Positions 12,781 through 26,005 of a DNA stretch of 64,000 bases are shown here, one piece after another (position 1 is the first letter of the stretch; each line of letters opens with the position of its first letter). The notes beneath the pieces are model-generated. The model was not told the DNA's origin. It worked only from the letters and a program-made list of their open reading frames with translations, and made no database searches. Source of the stretch: Phoronis australis (taxonomy: Eukaryota > Animalia > Phoronida). The translations under genes and the position numbers were made by a program. The DNA is taken from contig NMRA01000063.1 in assembly GCA_002633005.1 (NCBI GenBank), forward strand, positions 604,427 through 668,426, in the 5' to 3' direction.

Positions 12781-13402
12781 NGCAGGCACTAAAAATGAAC
12801 AATATTGAAAAGCTTTATAATTGGTTTACCCATGTAATATACATACAGTTTATGGTTATGGAGTTTTCAATAAATCAGATACTACTAAATACAAATATAT
12901 CTGTCACTTAATTTCGTCATTAGAAAAGTTTGAGGAAAAACTGAGTTTCTAGCATGAGAACAGACTTGGTTTATTTTTACGACAGTCTACGGTAATCTGT
13001 CAAGTACACACAAAAATAACTTTTCAAAAATGTTAATGAGAAGTCCTCTTGAATTATAAACCTTCAAAATGCTTAACGTAAAACTTTGATAAAAATAGAC
13101 TGAAAAAAGGTTACTGTACTTAAAAGTTAGCATACTGTGTCTCCTCATCAAGTATACAATGAGTTTTTATGGTATGTTCCATAGATTTTTTAATTGTAAA
13201 ACATTTTTAAAATCAGTAGACTGTGACTTCTACTTGAAATGCGATGAATGACAATGTAAAGCTGTTCAGTGTGGTTTCCTAGTATTCCGTATACTAAAGA
13301 CCTTGGATTATTTTATTGAATAATATAGACACTCCTTCCAAGGGATAAAAAACAATGTTGACAAAACTTTCGATACTCTAGCTCTGGCTGGAAAGTGAAA
13401 TA

Positions 13403-14796
13403 CCGTACTCGTTCGGATTACGGCCCATGCTCGGCCTACAGCCCACCCCCAAAAATTTCAATTCTTCATTTTTAAGCACCCATGCTCGGCTTACCACCCA
13501 CCCCCAATTTTTCATGACCGAGACTCCTGTAAAAGTATCTGTGCTTCTGTGAACGTTCGTCACACAAAATTAAGATTACAAAACTTACGTAACGTGCTTA
13601 CCTTTCTGTGACAATAAATCAGTTTTAGAGGAACCGGGACCTTGCCTTACTATGGCAGTAAAATACCCATAGTCACATGCACTTTACTGAAGGAGATACA
13701 ACAGTTTCCTTTTGCTCACGCGCGGAACTCGTGTACTGGTCACTGATACAGCGCTTGTCGAATGTATTGCTGTAGAAGAACCAGCAAAGCAGTACTTGAC
13801 AGGGATATCACGTCTGTGGCCAACCTTTCTGTGATTCCCCGTGACAGTACACGAAACAAAACCACCCTGAGCATTGAAATAAGAAAGAAAAGACATGGTC
13901 CATTGTGACAAGCCAACTTGTGTTGCTGTTCCTGTCTTGGTTAAACGCATATTTTTAATGACTTTCACTCCTGACACCAACATGGAAGCGCCCAACCATA
14001 GGCAAGAGCACAAAAAATCAACTAGTCAGTAGCGCAAGTCGAACATTCTGTCCACGTTCCATGTGGTCAACAACTTATTTTTTGAACTTTTGATTTGCCT
14101 GACGACATTTTTACAAGATGTGTTTTTGCTTCATTTTTGGCAGCTGACCGAGTACCCCTATTGTCTAATAGTAGTATCCTCCGATTGTTGAGCACATGCT
14201 TTGACCAACAGCGGTGTTGGCTTTGAACTCAAAAAGAAATATATAATGTATATAAAATGTAACATTGTTTAAAGTGTTCACTAAGGAGACCTGTCAATCA
14301 TTAGCACCTGTTTGGTTGCCTAAGTTCAAAGTATTCAGAAAGAAGACTTGTCAACCATTAGCACTGCTTGGTTGCCTAAGTGTCCAGCGGGAAGCAAATT
14401 CTTGTGTGTCTTGCAAGTCTTGTGTGATCTGTCTTTTCTCTCAAGAAACTTGCCCTACTGAACGCACGCCTACCTGTAGGAATACCTTAGTTCGAAGAGA
14501 TGACCAGCAGCAACCGAGGTACGTAAAAACCCAATCGCTCTCAGGATCACGACGCTACTGTGTTGTGTGCACAGGCTGTCGAAGTCCGTTGCTTCAATCC
14601 CCCGACCTATATTTTAACTGATATGCTTGAAGTCCGACGTCATTGTAGCTCCATCAGGGTAAAATCTGTCCCCATGCAGTAAGGAACAACTCCAGACTTT
14701 TCAAAAATTTCGATGTTAACCGCTCGGCTAACCGCCCACCCCGTTTTTTAAGATTCCCAATTTAAGCGCCCTGGGCGGTAACGTGGACGAGTACGG
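13403..14796 (+). mobile_element. Non-autonomous Tc1/mariner-like element, TA TSD
   Basis: TA|CCGTACTCGT...ACGAGTACGG|TA. Subterminal repeats of (t/a)accgccc. A diverged inverted copy lies at 27735-29234. Confidence 0.85.
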
Positions 14797-17543
14797 TAAT
14801 ATCCATTTAGAAATGGTACCACACCAGCTATTCATACGATGAAAACGTGGAAATTTCATAAAAATGCTATCTCTTCCTGCACATAGAAGATACAATTTTG
14901 TTTTCTGAAATCTGGTGAAATGGTGAGAGATTCAAAAATTCAGCCTCAAGTTCATAACACATATGGCCAGTGAAATTGGGACAAACCATGATACCACATG
15001 CACCTTGTCTATTACAGTAAAAATTATTCACTATAGGACAAACGTTGTTGTTGAAATTGTCATTTTACATTTTTTCAGAGACTCAATAAATTGAGGAAAA
15101 GGCTCCAAAATTTCCCTAATGTTTTGCCTTTAAAGTAATCAAAAGCCAATTAATCAACTTAGCTCGATGGCCACACTCTCATTTTTCACAGAATGTGAAT
15201 AATCATAACTTTCGGTGGACACAAACTGCAAGCTGTTGGATAAAACAACAACTGTTACACATTTCAGAAGTTTGAAGTCACAGTGAAAGTTCAGTTGAAA
15301 ATATGACAGAACATGCTTATTTGCTTGTTTTGTATGACGTCATTTTGATGTTTTGGCCCAGTCAAATATAATTAAAATGCCAAAACTAAAAACAATTATA
15401 AATAATCAAGCCAGATTTACGTTGCCCTGTAAATTTCTAAGGATTTCGAAAATTATTACCTGACCATGGACGTGGTCATTTGTAATCCATCTGCAGAAGC
15501 CTACACAGGGTGCAAGTGTTTTGAGAGGACACTCATTAATTCAAATACATAATTTTGAAAAAATTCAAGTGTTAAGATGCTCCAGTGGTTATCTGAATCA
15601 GAAAAATCTAAGACCTGCAAAATTTTGAAAATTTGATGTGACTGTACAAGTCAATTTCTATTTGTGCTCTGAATCGCACCATTATGGTGGCAGAGTTCCT
15701 AATAGTGTTACTTGTTGGTTTATCCAATCTGCTGCTCGCTTTTTTGCCATTAAAGGCCTTTTCATACTGACTTAACTACGGTCTGAGCTCTAGAGCGTCG
15801 ACATAAACTGCGAAATTAACTGAACCGTTCATACTGGCTTGGGTAGTTAACGGACTTTGAAGTAAATGGTAGGTGACACTGTTGTCATCGAAGTAATCAC
15901 ATTAAGCGCTGTACGTTAAGATTTGTTTTACTGTGGGAATTTGGGAACATTTACATGTGGTAATTGACATAAAACTTATTTTTAATTCGATTGGTGATTA
16001 TTAGAGCAAAATGTAAGCAATAATTAGCGACGGCACTACCTGTACTTGTTGACGATAACAGTGGCATTTGGCGATAACTTTGATGGGACCGAAGTTGACT
16101 GTTCTTACTGCACCATAGCGTCGACGTTTCGCTCTTAAATCCACCTGTTTACTACAATGTTAACTGCCGCTGTTATAGGCCATAGTCCATTCGACTCTAG
16201 GAAGCCTAGAAAATCACTTCCGTGGCTACTTTTTTGGGGGCAAGATAATTTTGGTGTTTGTAAGGTCATTATGTACTATACTTTAAGAATTTAAAAAGTT
16301 CCCAAGGTTTGACTAGCACCTTTTCCAGAAATTTGACCTAAAAAATCTGACTTTTTGCAGAATTTGGCACAGAAAACCAATCTTCAAAAACCAACAACAC
16401 TATACCAAAACTGAATGATACTTTGATTGGGTTTTATTCATTTGAAGTTACCAGACAAGAAATGTGATAAATATTATGACATAAGGTGAAAAATTGTTCA
16501 AAAAGACAAAAAGAAAAAAACAGTAGTGCTTCCTGTTGGCCAGAAAACATACTACTATATTCTAAACTCCTACCAAAAACAATACTGTTAACCACTTGAT
16601 AAAGATTTGATATCACAATCTACATATGAACAAGATACAATTCCAACACTTCTGCAAGGAATTCACTCTCACCACTTTTATTAATTGTCACAATTAATTA
16701 TCATTATCCACATTGCAGTTCATTGTCAACTGTCCCGACAGTCACCAGCATGATAAAATGATGTCAATATTTTCCATTAGGTTAAAAATTTAAAGTTCTT
16801 TAACAACATAGCATACACTTATCATGTTTCTTCATTCACTCCATCGCCATTTATATCATCATTTATATCATCAGTTATATCATCATTATAGTCATCAAAA
16901 GTTGTTTCTTGACTGAGACACCATGTTCACACAGTCTGGACAGTCACACAACTTAGAACATGGCATGCCCGACTTCAATTAAGTGCAGACTTTTTTTACT
17001 ACAACCACTTCTTTTACATTTGCCATTAACATTTTTCATGACGTTTTCTGGGGCTAAACGCAGAGTCATCCAGTGGAGCTTCAGACTACCCCGCCGCTCC
17101 AAAGCCAACCATTACGAACTGGAGATGGTGCACTGACATGCTGTTGCAAGTCTCATTTGTGAATGGCACACTGGCAGTTTGCTCTTTTGGCAAGTAACAG
17201 CAAACAATCATGATTAGGAGGCAGAGATGATTCCATCACAGATTTCAACCTGTGTATGCGGTAGCGTGCTTTGTTAATTGTTGATGAGTCGCCATACAGC
17301 TTGCATGCAAATTGTTGAATGTCCTCTATGAGGTGACCAGGAGTTCAAAAATATCTCTGCAAGCCTGCACCCTACCCGAAATATAAGTTTTGACAACCTG
17401 AATACCGTTTCATCTAAACACCTTGTTACAGTAATCCTATTTAACTGAAACAGATAACCAAAATGCTCTTCACTTTAGCACACAGTATGGCCCACACCTG
17501 AAATTGCGTGATTTTGTCTAAGTGCTCAGCAAAAATTACGTAA

Positions 17544-18966
17544 GGTTATTTAACCTTATTTAGTGGCGTCCGTTCTAACTCGTATATCAAAAAACTAAAC
17601 TTTGTCAACTAGTAAAAGTATATGTTTTCTGAAAGAACAAAGACCAGGAAACATAAATATACACTTTGTATTTATGTTCCATTATTATTTTTACGTAAAA
17701 ACCTTTTTAAGTAAAAATTTCATTTTTAAGAAAGATACATTCATAGCAAAATAACCTCTCGGTCGATTTTAATGAAACCTTTTTTAAATGAAAACTTCAC
17801 CAGTTACCTCAAAAACGCTGTTAGGAATTTTCGATTAGGCTGTTTGTTTGGTTTCTATGACAAATTATCTCGCAAAACGTAAGGTATTTTTGTAAAAATT
17901 GAAGTCGTATTCGTCTTTGTCACATTATGCAAAAACTATGCCTTCATATTAAAAATCCTACAAGAGCTTTTGAGATTGGTGACTAAATATTAAGTCTGGA
18001 AAGTTTCAGCGAAATCCATCAAGCTGTTTTCGAGAACTAGTGTTCATAAGTTCAAATAAAGTCGATTTGCCGAAGCCGAGAAAAAGCCGATTAAACTGGG
18101 ACACGTGAAAATCTCCAAGTCTTTGGTTACTTATTTGGTGAAAACTTGTTTTTGGTACACATAACCTATACACTCCTTAACTATGTTAGCTATTTCAACG
18201 TTCACTCGCAATGTCAACTAATTTTGCAGTGCGTAACTAACTTAATTATCATTAAAACCTTAAATAGACGTATCTTTCCATGCCAACTTTTACTGTTTTG
18301 TACAGGTTATGAACTGTGACCTACTTAGAAAGTAGGTCACAGTTCATAGCCTGTACATGTCAGGAGCTGGGAGACTGATACCAAACCAAGAAATGGATAA
18401 CAAAAATTGAATCAGTGGTTAAAGTATGTCGTTAGCATAAAATAGAAACATCGAAATGTTAACTAATTAATTGAATTAAGGAATTAGGGTGAGGATTTAT
18501 CTCTTTTCACAACTTTCTGTGTTCGTGACCACAGAGGCCTGAGGCAACTCGTAGCATTCGTTTTCAACGCCAACGCTGGTATGCATGTAGACGCACAACT
18601 CCCTTGGGATCAAAACTGCGTTTAGTCTTTGTTTTCCCCGCGCCATTCCATCATAAGTACACCTCGTTGGCTCGATGTTATGGCAACTTTGTGAATGAAA
18701 GGGCGGAGAGTATACGTAGCTGTTCTGTACCTGGTGGGAGATTTGATTTAATTGAAAGCCCTTTAACATTTGACCTTAGATAAGTAGTAAACAAATATCC
18801 ATGTGGTTGTGCGGTTCTAAGGTGGTTCTGCTAAATCATTTTTTTCTCGCTACGCCGTACATATTTTGTATTTGAAGTTCCCCGATAATGAAGATAAGGT
18901 ATTTTGCTAGAAACAAGTGAAATATTGTAAAAATGGCCAATTTTTGTGAATAAGGTTGGAGATACC
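17544..18966. mobile_element. Kolobok-like non-autonomous element nested in Academ
   Basis: Imperfect TIRs ggttatttaaccttatt / aataaggttggagatacc, right flank TTAA, left flank GTAA. Contains a 59-bp near-perfect palindrome. Confidence 0.45.
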
Positions 18967-20389
18967 TTAAGAGAAATGAGCATCATTACCAGCATTGATT
19001 GCACCGTGCAGTTGTCTTCAAACAATTTAAAACATAGAAACAATTTTATCAACCTTAATACTTTAGTTCAGCCTTTGAAAATAGAGGAATGGTCATGTTG
19101 GTAATAGTTTTTGTTTAAAATTGAAAAGCGTCTTTTTTACCGTAGAGCTAAAATGTCTTTAAAACAGGAAGCGTCAGCACATAATAGGAAGAGTAAAAAT
19201 TTTCCTACGCTAAAAACTCCAATTCACGAATCTTCAAAATGTGAGATACTGAAATTTGATTAACATTTGAATTTTCAAGATCAATAAATTACAGAACACA
19301 GGCAATATTTTCATTTTTTATATTTCTCAAATTCCAAACACTGCTCATGATTTTACATAAATACGTCTCAAAATAGGCTTAGAAGTTCATAAAAAAGCAG
19401 TGCTGATCTCTCACATGTAGGTAAAAACTACTGCCAGTACCTTTGAGATTGGGACGGCCATTACTACAAATTTATCAAGCAAAATGATTCTTTTCTGTAA
19501 CCTAAACTAAAGATTATCAACCATAAATGACACTTTTTTGAATTAACAATAGGTAGATCTTTTTACAATTGAATGTTTGGAACCGGGATAGGTTTTCAAC
19601 TTTTCTTTTGTTAGTGAAGTTCCCGTGATGGAATTTGATTTGTGGCAAATGGTTCATTGTGGAGGAAAGACATAATTTTTATAGGTATATTTCTTTGAGC
19701 ACTGTTAAATGTAACCGACAGTGACAATCTTATCAGCAATGATACTTCGCTTGCACTCAATGTTGATACATATCTTTGCAGTAGCCTTACGCCTTTAGTG
19801 AGACCAGGTAATATCTGAAACTTCCAGCTCGGAAATTTGAGCAGAACCTGAGACACGAATGCAACAAGGGGCAGACATCTTGCCAGTCTATTGAGAAGTC
19901 GAACACTGTTCAATATTTCATGGTTTCAGTAGAGTCCTACCTGTCCCAAAACTGTTCTTTGCAAACCACAAAATGATTCAGGAATATGCCAAGAATTGTT
20001 TCAGTACTATGATGACACTGGTGGCCACTTGACTTGGCTTTCCTTAATTCCTAACTGCTGCATGCTGGGTTTTGAGCTTTAGCCCTGAGTAATTGCATAT
20101 TACTTGCACACCCACCAAAGAATTAATACTCTCCAATGTAGTCAGTAGCAGTAAACAAGCTAGCTAAGATAGCAGGATAACATCATCAGCTGACTGTCCT
20201 CTGATGAATGTTTTCATGCCAAGCAGACGACTTTTGAAAGGGAAAGGTATGGACACAATATTTTCCTGGCATTTGATTGGTTGTTCTGATCATTTTGCTC
20301 TAACACCTAGTGGCTAAAATATTAGCTGAGGCCAGAGACCGTAGAGAGGGAGACGTTTCACCTAGCGAAATCCTATTGGACGGCCACTG

Positions 20390-23300
20390 GCGGCCATTGT
20401 TGTTCCATGGACCGTAGAGACGTCTAGCGGGTGTGTGTGGGAAAAAAGGAATATGGCCGATACTCGTGGTCAGCGGTCACGGAGACGAGATATTTTATCT
20501 GATCATGTAGTTCATATAGATTTCCCATAGTTAATACCTCTGAGGGTAGTGCTGTGTCAAGTAACTACAAAACAAGATATGCCGGCTTCAGTCCCTAAAA
20601 AGAGGATCAGAGGAGCTTTTTGCGCTGCAGAAAAACCGGGACTTGCACTCCCCACTGATAAAGACAGGTGAGATATACGAGTGATACAAAGAATTCTTTT
20701 TGTGAAAATGCTGCCTGTCAACCATTGATGTTGGCAGAGTGNNNNNNNNNNNNNNNNNNNNNNNNNNNNNNNNNNNNNNNNNNNNNNNNNNNNNNNNNNN
20801 NNNNNNNNNNNNNNNNNNNNNNNNNNNNNNNNNNNNNNNNNNNNNNNNNNNNNNNNNNNNNNNNNNNNNNNNNNNNNNNNNNNNNNNNNNNNNNNNNNNN
20901 NNNNNNNNNNNNNNNNNNNNNNNNNNNNNNNNNNNNNNNNNNNNNNNNNNNNNNNNNNNNNNNNNNNNNNNNNNNNNNNNNNNNNNNNNNNNNNNNNNNN
21001 NNNNNNNNNNNNNNNNNNNNNNNNNNNNNNNNNNNNNNNNNNNNNNNNNNNNNNNNNNNNNNNNNNNNNNNNNNNNNNNNNNNNNNNNNNNNNNNNNNNN
21101 NNNNNNNNNNNNNNNNNNNNNNNNNNNNNNNNNNNNNNNNNNNNNNNNNNNNNNNNNNNNNNNNNNNNNNNNNNNNNNNNNNNNNNNNNNNNNNNNNNNN
21201 NNNNNNNNNNNNNNNNNNNNNNNNNNNNNNNNNNNNNNNNNNNNNNNNNNNNNNNNNNNNNNNNNNNNNNNNNNNNNNNNNNNNNNNNNNNNNNNNNNNN
21301 NNNNNNNNNNNNNNNNNNNNNNNNNNNNNNNNNNNNNNNNNNNNNNNNNNNNNNNNNNNNNNNNNNNNNNNNNNNNNNNNNNNNNNNNNNNNNNNNNNNN
21401 NNNNNNNNNNNNNNNNNNNNNNNNNNNNNNNNNNNNNNNNNNNNNNNNNNNNNNNNNNNNNNNNNNNNNNNNNNNNNNNNNNNNNNNNNNNNNNNNNNTG
21501 AATCTCTTGCCAGTCATTCAGTGATGGACTGGGTGTCTTTACTGTTTCCTGCATTTGATTGCTGATATAGAAAATTGTCATAAATTGTTTGCATGATTTT
21601 GGAAACTACTGATTAGTTTATTCTATGCCCATTGATGCTTCTAATTACTTTTTTCATTTCGTTCTGCAGTCTCAATACATTCAGATCTAAAAGATAATTA
21701 TATTTACTATTATTTACTAATTTTATTATTGTTTTTTATAATATATTTGTTATTCTTGATTATTTATCATTGTTTATTTGCTATTACTTATTTAAATTAT
21801 TTCTTGTGATCCATACAGTCAACATCCTGGCTGTCGTTGATCAATAATCTGTATAATATGATCATGACATGTACTTCAGTGCATAATAACTATTATGTTT
21901 ATGGTTTGGTAACCTACTTGATTATTTGCCATAGGAAGTGGTGAAGGAAGTGTTCTTTTAAGGCACATTGAGCCATACATCTGTGGACACTTCCGTGGTA
22001 TGTGTATTACCTTGGAAACTTGTTGCACTTCAGTGACGATGTTGTTTGTTTAGATTTTTGTTTTGACATGGGTTTTAAAACATCAAGTCAAGAAATAAGG
22101 CGTCGTTATGTTTTTTAATATGAAGTTGGCCTGCCAATGCAGGCTGAATATGCCTTTAACTAACTGCTGATAGTTGATTTAAAAATGTGATTTATGAGAG
22201 CTGGAAAGCTTAGTAAAAAATATCCAAAATGGATTGCATATTCAATAGGCATCTTGGCTGTTTTATGGGGGCATACAAGGCAGGTTTACTGGACTTCAGG
22301 CAGGAATTCAATCTCTTGCAGGTTTGAAACCTGTACCCCTCTTGCCTCCAGTTTCATTCACCACAACCCACCCCAATGCGCTATCCATTTCAGATACCAT
22401 CGGGCATGGATGCTTGGGGTCCAGTGAATCAGTCCCAAGTAGCGACTCCACTGTTGCCTAAAACTACTACGTTTTTGGGAGTTTTCTACGTTGAATTCTC
22501 AATGATTGAAAATAAGTAGGGATCTTTTCATGCAATGCACCTAATTTAAGGACTAAGTCCCCAAATGTTTTGACTGAATTAAGAGCTCAGTTTTTAGTTA
22601 TATTATTATAAAACATAAGTCAAAAGAGGAGTTCATAATAAAGATAAAATGATAGAAAATATAAAAACTGTGAGCAAAGAACAAAAAAATGCCTAAAAGA
22701 TTTACCAACTCAATTGAGTACAGGCAGATCCAGGGTGGCGGGTCAAAGGGGTCTGGACCCCCATTTTCCTTGATTGTAGTGATATCAATGCTAGAATTTT
22801 CAAATTGTTGACTTGGGCCACCTTTCTTAAAAAATCATTATCCGACCCCCCCCTTTAAAAAATCCTGGATGTGACCTGTTGGGTCGATATTTGGGACAGT
22901 TTCATGCAAATGGGCACAGACACAACTGCTTGAATCTAGAACATCTTTAAGATGTGAAAGAAAGATCTACTAATTTCTCCATTTTATTTTAAAACAAAGT
23001 TTGTGTGTTAAAAGCTTACATAATTAATTGTTAATTAATTGATATTAACACCTGGAATATTGGGGGAAGAAAGCTATCTCTGCCCCCAACCTTTCAATTG
23101 ATTGAGGGGCACCCCCCACTCCTATCTCCTCTTCAGCAGATCCATTTGATGTTTATTACATTCCTGACACCCCTGGACATAATCCTACAGGTTCGGTACC
23201 TGCACATTCTCCAATAACCTACTTTCATCTGCTCAGCTCTTATTACTGAGTCTCCCTCTTGCTTATGACGTATTTCTCGTAATTTATATTACCTTTGCTG

Positions 23301-23520
23301 CCCAAATGTTTTCTTGGTTTACTCTATATTTTGCCTATGTGTATTTTTCCATTACATTGCTCGTGTTTTTTGTTTTCAATATTTTAAACAAAGACACTTG
23401 ACTGACAATTTTGAATTTGACAAACTAAGATCGGCCATAGTGAATGCCTTGCATACTTCGTCGGCCCACACACACCCGCTAGGTGTCGCTACGGTCCATG
23501 ACACAATAATGGCGGTGGCC
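20390..23520. mobile_element. Inverted-repeat-bounded segment inside Academ element
   Basis: 'catggaccgtagagacgtctagcgggtgtgtgtggg' (~20407) is the inverted match of 'cccacacacacccgctaggtgtcgctacggtccatg' (~23465-23500). Spans the N gap. Confidence 0.5.
22515..22917 (-). mobile_element. Harbinger-type terminal fragment with small GC-rich MITE inserted (~22720-22880)
   Basis: 'cttttcatgcaa' and 'gtttcatgcaaatgggca' match the element end at 230-304. Confidence 0.45.
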
Positions 23521-23744
23521 TTGGTGAATAGTCTTGTTAGCGTCTTTGCTGAGGCTATATTTTTCCAACTTTTAAATTAAAATTCTCACTAAACGAGCAA
23601 GTCTATTCTTGGGAACTTTTTTGAAATTGACTTTGAACATCTGTAGATGGGTTTAATGTAAAGTTCCCGTTGACCCCAGAAAGTAGCCACGGAGGTGAAA
23701 GATAGGAGAACTGGGACTATGGCCTATTAACTTCGATCCAGGAC

Positions 23745-23755
23745 CAGGCCTTTAC

Positions 23756-23788
<33 letters not shown>

Positions 23789-24235
23789 TATGTCCTAGCA
23801 CTAATCTGGAACCCTGGCAAGGACGTCCAATGTATCATTTGGACGCCCACTGTCAATAGGAACCTTTCAGTTTGGACTCACACATTGTAATGAATACTAG
23901 GAAGCCTCTGAAGGCTCTCAGTGGGGGCTCTTTTTCAAAGCAGGAAGAAATATACAATGTATACACAAAGCATATGCATTGTTGCTATTTTGACACTTGA
24001 TTGACAACATTGTAAAAGTCTTGGTCTATAGTTTTTTAGTAAAAATGCTCACCATAGAAGGCTGTTTTATAAACTTAGATGTAAAAACGTTGATCTATGC
24101 ATTTTTTGTAAAAAAATCTGTGTGTTTGGGGGTATTGCTGGGGGTGGGGGGTTACGCGTCGGAATCATGGACGCCCAGGAATATTGGGAACCCCATTTTG
24201 GACACCGTATTTTCAAAATCCTGGATGAAGGCCTG
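23745..24235. mobile_element. hAT-type MITE with 8-bp TSD and internal (CAG)~10
   Basis: TCCAGGAC|CAGGCCTT...AAGGCCTG|TCCAGGAC; CAG run at 23757-23787. Confidence 0.85.
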
Positions 24236-24580
24236 TCCAGGACCGAAGTTAAGTGTTCATACTGACCGCAACACATCGACGCGCGACATTAGCATGAAAG
24301 GCCTTTAAGTGAGCCACACAATAGTCAGATGAGCTGGGCTTTGGTAATTACACAACATGGCTGACAACTGAATTTTCATATCGTCAAATGTCTCAACAAA
24401 AATAATTTTCACGATACTTTTGTCTTGTTAACATTTTTTATGATCACACTGGTCAATATTGAACAATTGGTGGAAAATAGCAATTTTTGTCATGACTTAA
24501 ACACACTTTCACTTTAAACACAATTCTCTAACTTCCTATGAGTACAGAAAAGATCACATAATCCTTGTCCACTGCATAAA

Positions 24581-26005
24581 CACGGGTGAGAAACAACATG
24601 ACCGCCGGTCCTCTTAAATCGGACCGACCCACCCAAAACAAGACCTCCGGGGATCAAATGGGACCAGAAAATGGGACTGACGCACCTAAAAACATGACCG
24701 CACCACCAGAAAACAGGACCGCCGGGGACTGAACATGACCGGGGATTGAAACCGCAGTGACAAACAAGTTAAGATTTATTACCGGTAGGCCTACACAGAT
24801 CATACAATGGAGCTATATACATATGGATATGCAGGTCTCCTGCCGATTACTCCAACGAAATCTTTTGTGCGCTACAGGACACTTCGCTTTGTAACACGCG
24901 GCATTTTGAGTTTTAACCACAAACCACGTTGCACGCTTTTGAGCTAAATAATTATAATTTTATCCACTGTGTAAATTTTAGAACAAAATGAAAATCCTTT
25001 TCTCCAATTTGACGTTTTAGTCAAGAAAAAACAAAAAGGGGGTTCTGGTTCTCGGGTGAAGCATTATAACTAGCCTTTGTGCGGCAAAGCAGTATACTAA
25101 ATATACAGCTTGGCACCGATGTGGGTAAAACACAGAACATATAAAATCTTCACCGAATTAGTTTTATTAACGACACTCTTCCTTGAGTAAACTCAATTAA
25201 TTATCGGCGCTCGCCGGAAAAATTGTCGTTTTGTCGTTATTCTGCTGCTAAAATTGAGATATGTTCTTTTAGGTCGGCTTACATTGACCAGTTCCTTATT
25301 TTTTTCACCGTTCAGTCAGCTCTTCTTCTCTTCTACGAGGTTGCTTACATGGCACAACAAATTATCGGAACTGGTTTCATTTCATCATAAGTTTTTAGTA
25401 TTTTAATACCAGCAAATCGAATTTCAGAACAAATCGTGCTTCTGCGAAGTTGAGTTATCATCTTCCGAACGATGTCGCAAAATTTTAGGACATGTCACGT
25501 GCTCATGTCACGAGCGCGACAGACTTTTTTGTTACAAATGACGTTCATTAGATTGTTTTTCACTCAAGTGGCTGCAACCTGCAAGGTGAGTGTTGATTGA
25601 CTCCTAGATTTTGCATGCGCCTGCTCCGCTCGCTCGCTCTACATGTTGATATAAGCCCGACGAGGTCACGAGCAGAACTATACTACCCGGGCTTTTGGGA
25701 CATTTCGGGGATGTAACGGAGCTCAATGACGCAGTGCTACCAAGCTTTATTTTGGCGAGTCTTTACACAGCTAGCTGATCGGTTACATAATCACAAGCAG
25801 TATCATACAAAGACATTGATAACTACATATTGTCCGGCTGTCATGTTCAGTCCCCGGCGGTCCTGTTTTCTGGTGGGGCGTTCATGTTTTTAGGTGCGTC
25901 AGTCCCATTTTCTGGTGGGACGGTCCCATTAGATCCCTGGAGGTCCTGTTTTGGGTGAATCAGTCCGATTTAGAGGACCGGTGGTCATGTTGTTTCTCAC
26001 TGGTG
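24581..26005. mobile_element. Non-autonomous TIR element with CAC termini and 5-bp TSD (Transib-like)
   Basis: ATAAA|CACGGGTGAGAAACAACATGACC...GGTCATGTTGTTTCTCACTGGTG|ATAAA. TIRs of ~160 bp are built from repeated aaaca(t/g)gacc motifs. Confidence 0.75.

Larger units (their letters stand above)
11378..13301. repeat. ~520-bp direct duplication (11378-11899 and 12782-13301) across a single-N join; probably both haplotypes assembled in tandem
   Basis: Near-identical copies differ by scattered substitutions. The second copy starts immediately after the N at 12781. Confidence 0.85.
16176..23726 (-). mobile_element. Decayed Academ (AcademX-type) DNA transposon
   Basis: TIR TAGGCCATAGTCC...GGACTATGGCCTA with 3-bp TSD TTA. 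A minus-strand remnant at ~16920-17240 reads 'LPPNHDCLLLLAKRANCQCAIH...PSPVRNGW...LHWMTLRLAPENVMKNVNGKCKRSGC...GMPCSKLCDCPDCVN' plus an acidic tail, matching the Academ C-terminal Cys-rich domain. Confidence 0.8.
15754..24304 (+). mobile_element. ~500-bp MITE split by two younger insertions (left part 15754-16175; right parts 23727-23744 and 24236-24304)
   Basis: TIR aggccttttcat / atgaaaggcct flanked by TTAA. The joined pieces are colinear with the intact copy at 31944-32435. Confidence 0.8.

Noticed and set aside
20588-21581. Long ORFs across N runs (also 38524-39436 and 61307-61927)
   Set aside because: Artefacts of translating assembly gaps
23757-23787. (CAG)n as a polyglutamine exon
   Set aside because: It lies just inside the TIR of a hAT MITE with an 8-bp TSD
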